Shown: piece after piece, positions 14,716 to 26,962 of the stretch
Position numbering within the stretch: position 1 is the stretch's first letter
How the letters are laid out: every line of letters starts with the position of its first letter
Origin: Eledone cirrhosa
Lineage: Eukaryota
Reading direction: 5' to 3'
Assembly (NCBI GenBank): GCA_964016885.1
Contig: OZ024740.1
Coordinates: 414,470,001 to 414,534,000 of the forward strand
Length of the DNA stretch: 64,000 nucleotides
Notes under the pieces: model-generated
The model's input: the letters and a program-made list of their open reading frames with translations, nothing else
What the model was told of the DNA's origin: nothing
Databases searched by the model: none
Made by a program: the position numbers and the translations under genes

Positions 14716-15056
14716 TGGAGGCACATGGCTTAGTGGTTAGAGCATTGGCCTTGCAATCGAAAGGTTGTGAGTTCAATTCTCAGACCGGGTGATGTGTTGT
14801 TTCCTTGAGCAAGACACTTTATTTCACATTGCTCCAGTTTACTCAGCTGTAGAAATTAGATGATAGGGACTGGGGTCCCTTTCATTCCACTGTAAAGTGG
14901 TCGTGGAGGTGCCACGGTAAAAAAGCACCCAGCACTCACTGTAAATGAGGTTGGTGTTAGGAAGGGCATCCAGCTGTAGAAATCAAGCCAGAATCAGTTC
15001 CCGTCCCACCCTTGCAAGCAGGGAAAAGTGGACGTAAAATGATGATAAAATGATGA

Positions 15057-15061
<5 letters not shown>
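14716..15061 (+). mobile_element. SINE family 2, full-length reference copy
   Basis: tRNA-like head (TGGCTTAGTGG A box, GAGTTCAATTC B box), CORE-like ccttgagcaagacacttta, GGAAGGGCATCC module, and a tail matching the RTE-B 3' end. Confidence 0.88.
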
Positions 15062-15103
<42 letters not shown>

Positions 15104-15164
15104 GAGTTCAAGAGTAACCAATCTTAAGGAGAGAGATGGAGATAGTAGAGGAGATATGAGAGGA

Positions 15165-15803
15165 GAGATTGGTAAGTTAGTTAGAAGCCAAAGTAACCAT
15201 CATAAGCTAAGACAGTATAACTCCCACACCGCGGTAGCACCACTCCTATCAAATACACCACACCACTACACCAATAATTACCCTAGTAGCACGCCTCCCC
15301 CATCTAATCCTTCTAGCACGGACCAACCGCTTAGGTTAAACAACCCTACTCTCACTAACCGCAGAAGCAACTGAAACTGCCGTTACCCCAATGCATGCCC
15401 ATTAAATGGACACTGCCTGACACCCAACATAGTCTATAGGTGCACAGTTGAGACTGCTTCGAATACCAGCTCTTATATCGGGTCTACCTCTAACCCTTTT
15501 AAGGTACGCTATAACGCGCACTCTTTTTCTTTCCGAGACCCTAGCAACAGATGTTCGACATCGCTAGCTAGGCTCATTAAAAACCTTAAATTAAACAACG
15601 TTCAACACTCACTAAAATGGGATATCGTAGCTACGGCCCAACCATTCAATGGACGAAGAAAATCTTGTGATCTCTGTGTTACGGAAGCATATTACATAAC
15701 TCTATCACGACCTCTACCGATTAACAATAGAATGGAGGTAACCATTAGCTGTCAACATCGAAGGGCTAATTCCTTCGCCAATAGAGTTTTTGACCCAACT
15801 TAG
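15165..15803 (+). mobile_element. Penelope-like element (Naiad-type) 3' fragment: GIY-YIG endonuclease with an in-frame TGA at 15372-15374
   Basis: My translation: N*NCRYPNACPLNGHCLTPNIVYRCTV...SYIGSTSNPFKVRYNAH...KWDI...SCDLCVTE...INNRME...SCQHR. This gives IVY/YIG, the catalytic R and E, and CxC/CxxC/CxH motifs. Confidence 0.85.
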
Positions 15804-16170
15804 TCATGTAGCCCCATTTCTACTTGTAGCTAATAAGTTAAATTGCTATAAACAACTCGATAATTATAAGTTACCTCCCCTACATTGTCTCTCAATTAAA
15901 AAATTTAAAAACTAGCACTTAACTATAAATACTCACAATCTCTATTCTCTCGAGAAGTTACTTCCCCTGAAACCACCCTCTAATTAGTAAGGTAAATATG
16001 CCCTTTGGCAGCCATCTTGTTACCCATAGGCACATTCTCACACAATGCAGCCTCGACAGATGAATACTGCTTGATTCTGGCTGACAGCTGATGCAACCAA
16101 GACACCATAGTAAAAACCAATATATGGAACATTATATTATGTAACATTATTTTAATTTATATTCCTTTGA

Positions 16171-16291
16171 GTTCCGATGAGCCACTCTGTTTTTTTAAAT
16201 ATGTTAATTATTTTCAACTGAACCAGATCAATTATGATATATAGTCATCTGATCCAGAAATATTATATGGAGTAGCGAAACAATTGTAAAC
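16171..16291 (+). ncRNA. Type I hammerhead ribozyme in the PLE 3' region (CCGATGA core variant, long stem II)
   Basis: gtt-CCGATGA-gccactc...gagtagc-GAAA-CAATTG-TA-aac. Confidence 0.7.
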
Positions 16292-16423
16292 GGACATTAT
16301 TATTATTATTCTCTACATTCCTTACATCAAACTAAAATATGTTGACAATCTTTTAATAATGTCTTCCTTGTGAAGTTTGTGGTCTTGTTTTGCTTAACTA
16401 ATGAATATATATATATATATATA

Positions 16424-19400
16424 TAACCTTCTCGTTTGTTTTTCTAAAATGGCCGAAAATTCTAGGATTTATAAAATGGCCTCCTTGCTCCTCCTAATCT
16501 TTAAACCCCCCCCCCCCCATATCGTATACGCGCCTGCTGATTCCCACTCTCAATCACTCCCTTCTCTCACCAAATATAAAATAAACCTGTTACGAGGTAC
16601 GAATCTCAGAATTTGTCAACTCTTATTAATGGTCACACTGCTCGCTCTCCTGTGAAATGTAATGTAAAATGCCATTTTTTCTTGTCTCTCCATCTTCCCG
16701 GTCCATTCATATATCCATCCCGGTCCATTCATATATCCGTATCATCGCCCAGAATCCAATCTTTGCTCTTTCTCAATGCTATTCTATAATTATGTCTGGT
16801 TGTTCTAAATAATCTTCTTGTATTTTAAAATCCCATTATTCACTTATTACTGTTATATGCTTGTCCAATTATGCTCAAAATTCGAGGATTTTATTTAAAC
16901 CTTCTCGCTAACTACCCCATACAACACTCGCCACCATTATTGTTTCGACCAATCATAAGTCAGCGGCCTATGCTATCACTTCTTCCGGTTGCCTTTCGAT
17001 ATGATGGATGGATAAAGGAATTCTGGAGAGTCTGAAAAATCTGGACACTCAATGACAATGCCAAAGATAAAGACAAATTCACCTCATGCTGCCGGACGAA
17101 AAGGCAAGGACTCCTACTCTTTATTTCGGCCGTGGATGGCCAACATAACCCCAACCCAAGCCCCCTTACTCCTCCCCGCGCCCCACTGTTCCCACCCACC
17201 AAACGCAATCCAAAACTTCAGAGTTGGTACCATGAATGTAGGCACCTTAAAAGGTCGCTCTAACGAGGTTGTAGAAATGCTTGAACGTAAGGAGGTTGAT
17301 GTTTGCTGTATCCAAGAGACCAGATGGAGGGGTGGGTCTGCTAGATTCATTGTGGGTAAAAAACGATGCTATAAGCTTTTCTGGGTGGGAAATGAAAATG
17401 GGCTGGGTGGGGTAGGAATCATGTTAGCAGAAAAATGGGTAGATAAGATAATAAACATAAATAAAGTGAACGACAGAATAATTAAAATAAGATTTGTCCT
17501 AAATAGAACTACTGTGACAGTAATATCTGCGTACACACCCCAATCCGGACTGCCTGGCGTTATAAAAGACAAGTTCTATGAGACATTGATGCTCACTACC
17601 TCCCAAATAACCGATAGTGACTACATAATTATTGCTGGCGACCTAAATGGTCACGTTGGACAACATTGTGATGGCTAAGACGGAATCCATGGAGGCTATG
17701 GGTTTGGTAATAGAAATGAGGAAGAATCCTGGAATTCTGTGACGCAAATAACCTAACTATCTGTAACACTAACTTCAAAAAACGAGACAATCACTTGATC
17801 ACCTATAGATCAGGGGAAAACGCCAGTCAGATAGATTATATCCTTACCAGAAGACGTGATAGAGTGTCTGTTGTAAACACTAAATCCCTCCCCCATGAAG
17901 AATGCACCTCCCAACATAGACTCATAGTCAGCGACCTCATAGTCAGGACAAGACGTACTCGACAACAGAGGAGGACTATCCTCATGAGAAAAATATGGAA
18001 GCTAAAGGACCCCACAGCCAGTAATAAATTTAAAAGCATATTACTTGATGCTTTTGACAGTAAGGAAGAGCAATTAGAGTCGTACACTATAGAGGAACAG
18101 TGGGAATTCCTGAAAGCTAACCTGCTGAAGGCGGCAGATGAAGTCTGTGGCTGGAGCAGGCCTATAGGCAGAAGGAGAGTAACGTGGTGGTGTAACAGTA
18201 AGGTGGAGGAGTCAATTAAGGCCAAAAAGCAGGCTTGGAAGGTATGGCGGGATGGGGGAAGCAGAGAAGACTATCAAGTGGCCAGGAGGGAAGCTAGGAG
18301 ACAAGTGTACTTCGCAAGAAGGGAAGCAGAGGAATAAAAGTTCAAGCATGTTCTACAATGCGAGGACCAAGAATGTGAGGTGTTCAGGATTGCTAGGCAA
18401 TGTGTCAAGGAAAACCGTGATATTGTCGGGGAGAAGTGTGTCCTTAATGATGATGGTGTACTTGCCATCACTGATGCTGATAAGAAGGTAGCTTGGAAGT
18501 GTCACTACGAAAGGCTACTAAATGAGGAGAATAAATTGGAGAAAGACAGTCTCCCCCACATCGATCCAATAGAGGGACCAGCAGTGCTAGTTGAAGGTAG
18601 TATAATAATAAGGCAATCAAAGATATGACGACGGGTAAGGCGGCTGGGCCTTCGGAAATAGTTGCTGAAATGCTGAAATCACCTGGAACGGTGGGACACA
18701 CTATGGTCACCCAGATAGTAAACCAAGTCATACAGAAGGGGGTCGTTCCGAAGGACTGGCGTAGCAGCATCATCATTAACTGCTACAAGAGTAAAGGAGA
18801 TGCCCTAGATAGGGGTAACTATAGAGGCATTAAATTAATCGATCAGGTCATGAAGGTCACAGAAAAAGTAATAGCGCAACTAATCAGAGAGAGAATTGAT
18901 CTAGATGAAATGCAGTTCGGGTTTGTGTCAGGTAAAAGTACCACAGACGCTCTTTTCACTGTACGACAACTACAGAAGAAGTACCTAGCTAAAAGTAAAC
19001 TCCTATACTTAGCTTTTGTTGACTTGGAGAAAGCCTTTGACAGAGTCCCCCGCTCCATTATCTGGTGGACTCTTAGAAAACTAGGTGTTGATGAATGGCT
19101 TGTGAGAGCTATACAAGCCATGTATAAAGAAACAGTCAGCAAGGTTAGAATTAACAACAAATATAGTGAAGAGTTTAGCGTAAAAGTTGGTGTTCATTAG
19201 GGCTCCGTTCTTAGCCCCCTACTATTTATTATTGCCCTTCAGGCTATAACAGAGGAGTTCAAGACCGGCTGCTCATGGGAACTCCTATACGCAGATGATC
19301 TAACGCTCATAGCTGAATCAATGGCCGAACTAGAGAAGAAATTCCAAACATGGAAGCATGGCCTAAAATCAAAAGGCCTTAAAATTAACCTGTCTAAGAC

Positions 19401-20620
19401 TAAAGTTCTAGTTTGTAGGAAGGAAAATAGGGCACCGGTCCCATCTGGGAAATGGCCATGCTCAGTGTGTAGGAAAGGAGTAGGCAGAAACTCCATTTTA
19501 TGTCCCAAATGCAAAGTATGGGTGCATAAAAGATGTAGTGGGATCACAGGTAAGCTAACTAAGAATATAGATTTTATATGTGGCAGGTGCTCTGGTGCAA
19601 TAAGTAGCAGCAAGTGCCCACAAAATACTAGCTCATTCCATTGCACAGATGGTTCTATAGAAATAGTGGATACCTTCCGTTACCTGGGTGACAAAATTAG
19701 CAGTGGAGGAGGGTGCTCCGAAAGTACTGTAGCTAGAGTCAGAACTGGATGGAAAAAGTTCAGAGAGCTTATACCACTATTGGCCGCTAAAGGGTTCTCT
19801 CTAAAAATGAAAGGCAGGCTGTATGATGCCTGCATACGTACAGCAATGTTGCATGGCAGTGAGACCTGGGCATTGTGTGCAGAGGATATACGCAGACTGG
19901 AGAGGAATGAAGCTTGCATGCTCCGATGGATGTGTAATAGTAATATACGTGAACGGCAAAGCATAAACGAACTAAGGGAGAAATTAGGAATAAGAGGGAT
20001 CAGATGTTGTTTACTCGAGAGAAGACTACGTTGGTACGGTCACGTGATGCGCATGAAAGATGACAGCCGTATAAAAAAGTGCAGGGCAATAAAAATAGAC
20101 GGTAGCCACGGAGTAGGCAGATCCAGAAAAACCTGGGACTTGATAAATTCCGACCTCACACACTTACATCTCTCCAAGACAATGTCACTGGACCGAGATC
20201 TTTGGCGCTACACAGTAATACAGAAGACCCGCCTTGCCTAAGTACAAAGCGAAACCTACAGTCAGTAGGCACCTCTAACAAAATACACCCCCATCCCACT
20301 ACCCCCAACCCATCCACACCACCCCTTTCAATGTAAAGTTATGTTGGTACCACAACATCCAGTCCGAAACAAATGAGGTCGTGTAGGTGTCACAACAAAA
20401 AAGCACACAGTCCACGCTGTAATGTGGCCGTGTAGGTAACACGGTAAAAGCCTACAGTCCACACTGTAAACGTGGTTGGTGTTAGGAAGGGCATCCAGCC
20501 GTAGAAAATCCGCCAGACAGTCCTATACGAGCAAGACAACCAATCTTGCCTCAAGTGGGACAATTCCCGTCCAAACCCATGCAAGCGTGGAAGATGGACG
20601 TTAAACGATGATGATGATGA
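16424..20620 (+). mobile_element. RTE-A LINE, apparently full length, inactivated
   Basis: Putative 5' UTR, then EN (from 17052), RT (YADD), PHD-like finger, C-terminus, ~380-bp 3' UTR and (GAT)n tail. Stops at 17676, 18335 and 19198 plus frameshifts. The 5' boundary is inferred from the flanking (TA)n. Confidence 0.9.
16446..16679 (+). promoter_or_regulatory. Candidate internal LINE promoter with three YY1-like motifs
   Basis: AAAATGGCCG at 16446, AAAATGGCC at 16473 and reverse GCCATTTT at 16671, starting just inside the putative element 5' end. Confidence 0.35.
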
Positions 20621-20626
20621 TATATT

Positions 20627-23499
20627 CATCCTGGCTGAGAAATGTATCAATAAGACAATAGAGGTAGTTCGAGTTAGTAATCGAATAATTAAGCTTAGAT
20701 TAGTTGTAGGTAGGAGACTACTGACAATCATCTCGGCCTATGCTCCCCAAGCAGGCCTAGGCAAAGATGAGAAAGACTGCTTTTATGAGCAACTTTTGCA
20801 AACAACCGCAATGACAGAGGACGGAGACATTGTTATGCTAGCAGGAGACTTCAATGGTCATGGTGGACAGCTCCAGGATGGTTACACTGGGGTACATGGT
20901 GGGCACGGTTACGGTTCAAGAAATGAAGAAGGAGTGAGACTTCTTGAATTTTGTGATGCGGGTACATTGACTATTTGCAACACAAACTTCCAGAAACCTG
21001 CCAATCACCTAATAACCTACAAATCTGGTGAGCACATAAGCCAGATTGACTTCTTGCTAGTTAGGCAGCGGGACAGGCAGATAGTGTTTAATACCAAGGC
21101 ATACCCTGGGGAAGAATGTACCCCACAGCATAGGTTAGTTGTTAGTGATATCTCAGTCAGCAAGAGATGGAATGAGACATATAGGAAGGTGTGGAGAAGA
21201 AAGGTCTGGAAGCTAAAAGACCTTTCACTAAAATACAAATTTAGGAAAGCCCTTCAAGATGTATATGACGAAAAAGAAGACGATTTAGAGACGTATGACA
21301 TAGATAATAACTGGAATTTCTTACGTGACAACTTGCTGCAGGCTACTGATGAAACTTGTGGCTGGAGCAGAGCTCCAACCAGACAGAGAGTGACCTGGTG
21401 GTGGAACAGCACAGTAGATAAGGCTATTAGAGACAAAAGACTAGCATGGAAGGCTTGGAAAAAGGGTGGGAGTAGGGAAGAATATACAGCCACTAAGAGA
21501 GAAGCTAGACGTCAGGTGTACTTAGCACGCAGGGAGGCAGAGAGTAGGAGGTTTGCCAATGTTCTGCGACGGGAAGATCAGAGGCGTGCGGTGTTCCACA
21601 TTGCAAGGCAGTGTGTCAATGCAAATCAGGATGTTGTTGGAGATAAATGTGTCCAGGATGATGCCGGTGTACTTAGTGTCACGAATGATCAGAAAAAGGA
21701 GGCCTGGAAATGTCATTATGAGAGACTGATGAATGTGGAGAACGAATGGGAGAGAGAGAAATTACCCTTGGTGGATCCAACAGAGGGACCAGCTATTGTA
21801 TTGACGAATATAGGGTCCAAGAGGCGATTAGGGAAATGAAAAATGGTAAGGCTGCCGGACCATCGGGAATAGTTGCTGAGATGCTGAAGGCATCAGGGGA
21901 CGTAGGCACTAAACTGGTTGCACGCATCATCAATCAGACTATATATGGTGGTGTCATACCCAAAGACTGGTGCAGCAGTATTCTCATAAATTGCTACAAA
22001 GGTAAAGGGGATGCTTTGGAGAGGAGCAATTATAGGGGTATAAAACTGATAGATCAGGTTATGAAAGTGGCAGAAAGGATTTTAGCACAACTAATTAGAG
22101 AAAGGGTCAAACTAGATGAGATGCAGTTTGGTTTTGTGCCTGGGAAGAGTACAACAGATGCCCTCTTCTTGGTGAGACAATTGCAAAAGAGGTTCTTAGA
22201 GAAGAATAAGCCACTATACTTAGCCTTTGTTGACCTAGAGAAGGCCTTTGATAGGGTACCCCGATCTGTCATCTGGTGGTCCCTAAGGAAGCTAGGTGTT
22301 GAGGAATGGCTTGTGAGGACAGTGCAAACTTTGTACAGAGGTACTCTCAGTAAAGTCAGGGTAGGAATGGGGTTTAGTGAGGAATTCCAGATACAAGTAG
22401 GAGTACATCAGGGTTCGGTCCTCAGTCCGCTCTTGTTCATTATAGTCCTCCAAGCCATAACAGAGGAGTTTAAGACTGGCTGTCCATGGGAACTTCTCTA
22501 CGCTGACGATCTGGTTCTTATAGCAGAATCAGTAGAGGAGCTAGAAAATAAATTCTGGCTATGGAAACAGCAGTTGGAAGCAAGAGGACTGAGAGTGAAT
22601 CTAGCTAAGACAAAAGTGTTGATGAGTAGAAAAGAGGACAAAACCCTGATTCCGTCAGGGAAATGGCCATGTTCGATATGCAGAAAAGGAACTGGCATAA
22701 ATTCTATAAAATGCACACAATGCAGATCCTGGGTACACAAAAGATGTAGCGGGATAGCAGGCAAACTAACAGGTAGGGAGAAATATGTATGCAGTAGATG
22801 TACAGGGAAATTAGACAGTAGAAGTCGCACTGATAGACACATTTTTCAAATGCAAGAGGGCGCTATAGAAGTGGTGGATAGCTTCCGGTACCTAGGAGAT
22901 CAGATTAGCATAGGAGGAGGGTGTTCCGAGGCCATAGTATCTAGAATAAGGACGGGTTGGAAGAAGTTTAGGGTGCTGCTTCCTCTGTTGACGAAGAAGG
23001 ATTTCTCCCTGCGTACAAAAGGCTGGTTGTATGATGCCTGTGTGAGGAGCGCGATGCTGCATGGTAATGAGACATGGGCAGCAACTGCAGAGGATATGCG
23101 ACGGCTGGAGAGAAATGAGGCAAGCATGCTCCGTTGGATGTGCAGTGTAAATGTGCGTGAACGACCCAGCATAAATGTGTTGAGAGAGAAACTGTGTCTG
23201 AGAGGGATAGAATGTAGTGTACGGGAGAGGAGACTGAGGTGGTATGGACATGTGATGCGCATGGAGGATGACCGATGGGTGAAGAAGTGCTAGGAATTGC
23301 CAGTTGAAGGAAGACGTGGTAGAGGTAGACCACGAAAAACATGGGCGGAGGTGGTGAGAACAGACATCAGATCATTGAAGCTCACGGTGGAGATGACGAG
23401 GGACCGTGACGAGTGGAGAGATGCTGTGCTGAATAAGACCCGTCCCACCCTTGCAAGCAGGGAAAAGCGGACGTAAAATGATGATGATGATGATGATGA

Positions 23500-23501
<2 letters not shown>
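20627..23501 (+). mobile_element. RTE-B LINE, 5'-truncated
   Basis: ORFs 20796-21839 and 21746-23293 (one frameshift, premature TAG at 23291). The frame then runs to TAA 23474-23476, directly before the (GAT)n tail, so there is essentially no 3' UTR. Confidence 0.92.
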
Positions 23502-23546
<45 letters not shown>

Positions 23547-23762
23547 CTGTGAGATTGTGTGTGAGGTGAGAGAGTGAGATAGAGAGAGAGAGTATATGTG
23601 AGATTGTGTGAGAGAAAGTGTGAGTGTGTGAGAGAGAGAGAGAGAGCATATGTGAGATTGCGTGAGAGAGAGAAAGTGTGAATGTGTGAGAGAGAGAGAA
23701 AGAGATAGAGTATATGTGAGATTGTGTGAGAGAGAGATAGTGAGATAGAGAATGAGAGAGAG
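23502..23762. repeat. (GA)n and degenerate GA/GT repeat
   Basis: Seen directly. Confidence 0.9.
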
Positions 23763-24284
23763 TTAAACACAAACACACAATGAAAGAGCAATAAGAAACA
23801 GTCTCAGTGAATTTACTCATATTGACACAAATAAGATTAATTCACAGTTATTTTCCCATGTTTTTTTTTTGTTTTGTTTTGGGTTTTTTCTAAGAGATGA
23901 AATATTTAACAATGAACTAGAAATTATAAGCAAAAGTTCATTATGAGAATTTGATTACTTGCAAAGAAAATGAGATATTAATCTGTTTAGCTGTGTGTAA
24001 TTTCAAGGATTGCTAAATAACTTTATATAAGAGAAAGAATGAATAGAGGTTACAGTTTAACTCTCTCTCATTAACATATTTCTAATGAAAAATATTGACT
24101 AAGATTTTCATATAATTTAGAAAATAATCAAGAATTTAGAGAGATTTAGTAATATAAATGAGTGCAGGCAGACCTATGTGGTTAAAGCGTTTACTTTGTA
24201 ACTGTGTTGTTTCAGGTTCAGTCCCAGTGCGAGACACCTTCAGCAAGTGTCTTGTAATATAGCCTTGGATTGACCAATGCCTTT

Positions 24285-24966
24285 ATCATCATCATCGTTG
24301 TTTAACATCCACTTTCCACACTAGCATGGGTTAGACGGGTTGTCTCATTTGAAGCAAGTTGGGTCAGGTGACCATGTCTTGCTATATTTCTACAGCTTGA
24401 TGCTCTTCCTAATGCCAACTACATTTAAAGTGTGGGCTGGGTGCTTTTTATTGTGATACCTATATGACCAATTTACAGTGTGGGCTGGGTGCTTTTTGTC
24501 GTGACACCTACACGACCACTTTACAGTGTGGGCTGGGTGCTTTTTGTTGTGACACCTACATGACCAATTTACAGTGTGGGCTGGGTGCTTTTTGTCGTGA
24601 CACCTACAAGACCCCTTTACAGTGTGGGCTGGGTGATTTTTGTTGTGACACCTACACGACCACTTTACAGTGTGGACTGGGTGCTTTTTGTCGTGACATC
24701 TACACGACCACTTTACAGTGTGGGCTGGGTGCTTTTTGTCGTGACACCTACACGACCACTTTACAGTGTGGGCTGGGTGCTTTTTGTCGTGACACCTACA
24801 CGACCACTTTACAGTGTGGACTGGGTGCTTTTTGTCGTGACACCTACACGACCACTTTACAGTGTGGGCTGGGTGCTTTTTGTCGTGACACCTACACGAC
24901 CACTTTACCGTGTGGGATGGGTGCTTTTTGATGTGACATCTATACGACCACCTTAAAGTGTGGGCT
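24285..24966 (-). mobile_element. RTE/SINE-type 3' end containing a ~11 x 48-bp tandem array (24422-24966)
   Basis: Unit ttacagtgtgggctgggtgctttttgtcgtgacacctacacgaccact; (CAT)n tail at 24286. Confidence 0.85.
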
Positions 24967-25466
24967 TGTGAATGAAATTTAATAGATGGAAACTGAGTGA
25001 AAGCCTGTCATATGTGTGTATATATTCATCCATGTTTGTGTTAATGTTTACTGCTTATGTCCCATAAGTTAGTGGTTTGATAAAAATGAGACTGATAGGT
25101 ACTGTGGTCAATATAGTCGACTTTCATCATGGCTGGAGTCTAATGACTGAAACCAGTAAAATAATGGTTTCTGATTTAGGCACGAGACCAACAATTTTTG
25201 GGGAGAGGAAAGTCAATTAAATCAACACAGTATGTTACTGGTTGGTACTTTATTTTATCAACCCCGTAAAGATGAAAGGCAAAGCTAACCTGAGCGGGAT
25301 TTGAACTCAGAATGTAAAGGGTTGTAACTCTATAACACAAAACATGTTGTCCAATGCTCTACCAATAAAATAATAAAAGAATAACTAATTTTCTCATTAT
25401 TAAGCTGATGTCTAGAGCATAACTTAAAAGTTCTTACATAAAATTATGATGGAAGGTTTTTAGGTA

Positions 25467-26542
25467 TATGAGGTACACTGAAGAGGTTTTGAGACTTTTA
25501 TTAGAGAGACGTTTATTTAACGCAGATCAACACAAAACTCTAGTCTCCTTCAAAGTAGGATCCTCCGACTTCAATGCATTTGTAGCGCCCCAGCTAGTTC
25601 TGGAACTTCTGGAAGGACCCTTGTAATCCTCGAAAGTGAAGGTGTCCAGGGCACTTGTCACAGCCTCCTTCATCTCCTCCACCTCCTCAAAGTGGATACC
25701 CCGGAGCTTCTCCTTCAGCCTCAGGAATATCCAGGTCGTGTGGAGCTAAATCTGGACTGTAGGGAGGATGAGGGACAGTCTTGATCCTCATATTGGTCAA
25801 GTAGTTGGTCTTTAGGATGGATTTGTGGCAGGAGGTATTGTCCTGATGCAGGGGTCACTGACCAGATTTGAAGAGTTCTGGCCTCTTGCAACAAAATGTC
25901 TTAACTGCCTCAAAACCTCTACATAGCACTCTTTGTTGACTGCATTTACTGTCGAAGAATAGGATCATCATGAGCTTCCCAAACTTTGTACAAACGTTGT
26001 GCATGTCAGATCATCATGAATCACTGTGCACAGTGCCATCAGCCACTTCAAATTGTTTAGCAATCATCAGAAGAGATGCATGATGGCCCTCGTCCAGATA
26101 TTTGCGAATTTTGTCAACTAAATTTGGCGTCCTGATGTCTCTCTCCCTGTCACACCTCTCGTCATCCCTCACCTGCTCCCTGCCCTTCTGAAACCTATTG
26201 TGTCAGTAGCAAACAGTTGCTCGGCTCATGAAAGTTAGTCCGTAAACAGTTTTGACCATTTCATAGGTTTCTGCAGTGTTTTTACAGAGCTTAACAAAAA
26301 CCTATATTGCATATCAAGCCTCACATCCTGACTGAATTGTGGAACCAGTCAGCTATGACAAGACGTGTATGACAGATAGTGTTTAAAGTGCTGTAGCAAC
26401 CCAAACCTTCAACCTGGAAAAAAAGATTTGGCATGTTAGCTTAGTATAACCATATCAAGAATGTATTAGAGTGACAATTACAGAAGTCAATTGAAAGTGC
26501 CTGAAAAGTAAAAATCTCAAAACTTCTTGAATGCACCGCGTA
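25467..26542 (-). mobile_element. Tc1/mariner DNA transposon relic
   Basis: Minus strand encodes TVPHPPYSPDLAP (~25743-25780); imperfect TIRs (..GAAGAGGTTTTGAGAC / ..TCTCAAAACTTCTTG..) with TA ends; ORF disrupted. Confidence 0.8.
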
Positions 26543-26688
26543 TATATACATTTTAAAATAAACAGATTTGTAATGTAAAACCAGAGATGGTTTTCATGTT
26601 GTTTGCTATTGAAAAGATTAAGAGGAAAGTCTGCAAACAAAAGAAATACACAAGTTTTCAAAAGACTGAAATGATAAGCTCTTGAGTG

Positions 26689-26962
26689 GATGATAAATAT
26701 GTATATGATAAAAATGTATATGATAAATATGTATATGATAAAAATGTATATGATAAATATGTATATGATAAAAATGTATATGATAAATATATGATAAATA
26801 TGTATATGATAAATATGCAAGCGTGGAAGATGGACGTTAAACGGTGATGATGATGTATATGATAAATATGTTATGATAAATATGTATATGATAAGTATGT
26901 ATATGATAAATATGTATATGATAAATATGTATATGATAAATATGTATATGATAAATATGTAT
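26689..26962. repeat. 15-bp minisatellite (ATGATAAATATGTAT)n interrupted by a ~40-bp RTE tail at 26814-26854
   Basis: Seen directly. Confidence 0.9.

Noticed and set aside
14716-14790. tRNA gene
   Set aside because: SINE head: continues into CORE and LINE-tail sequence, has no proper acceptor stem, and occurs in multiple copies.
16040-16100. Possible SECIS (ATGA...TGAT) downstream of the PLE ORF
   Set aside because: Spacing is short and there is no clear apical AA or helix II; not supportable without SECISearch.
24422-24966. CRISPR-like array or 16-aa repeat protein
   Set aside because: Head-to-tail units with no unique spacers, no cas genes, eukaryotic context; the unit derives from a retroposon UTR.
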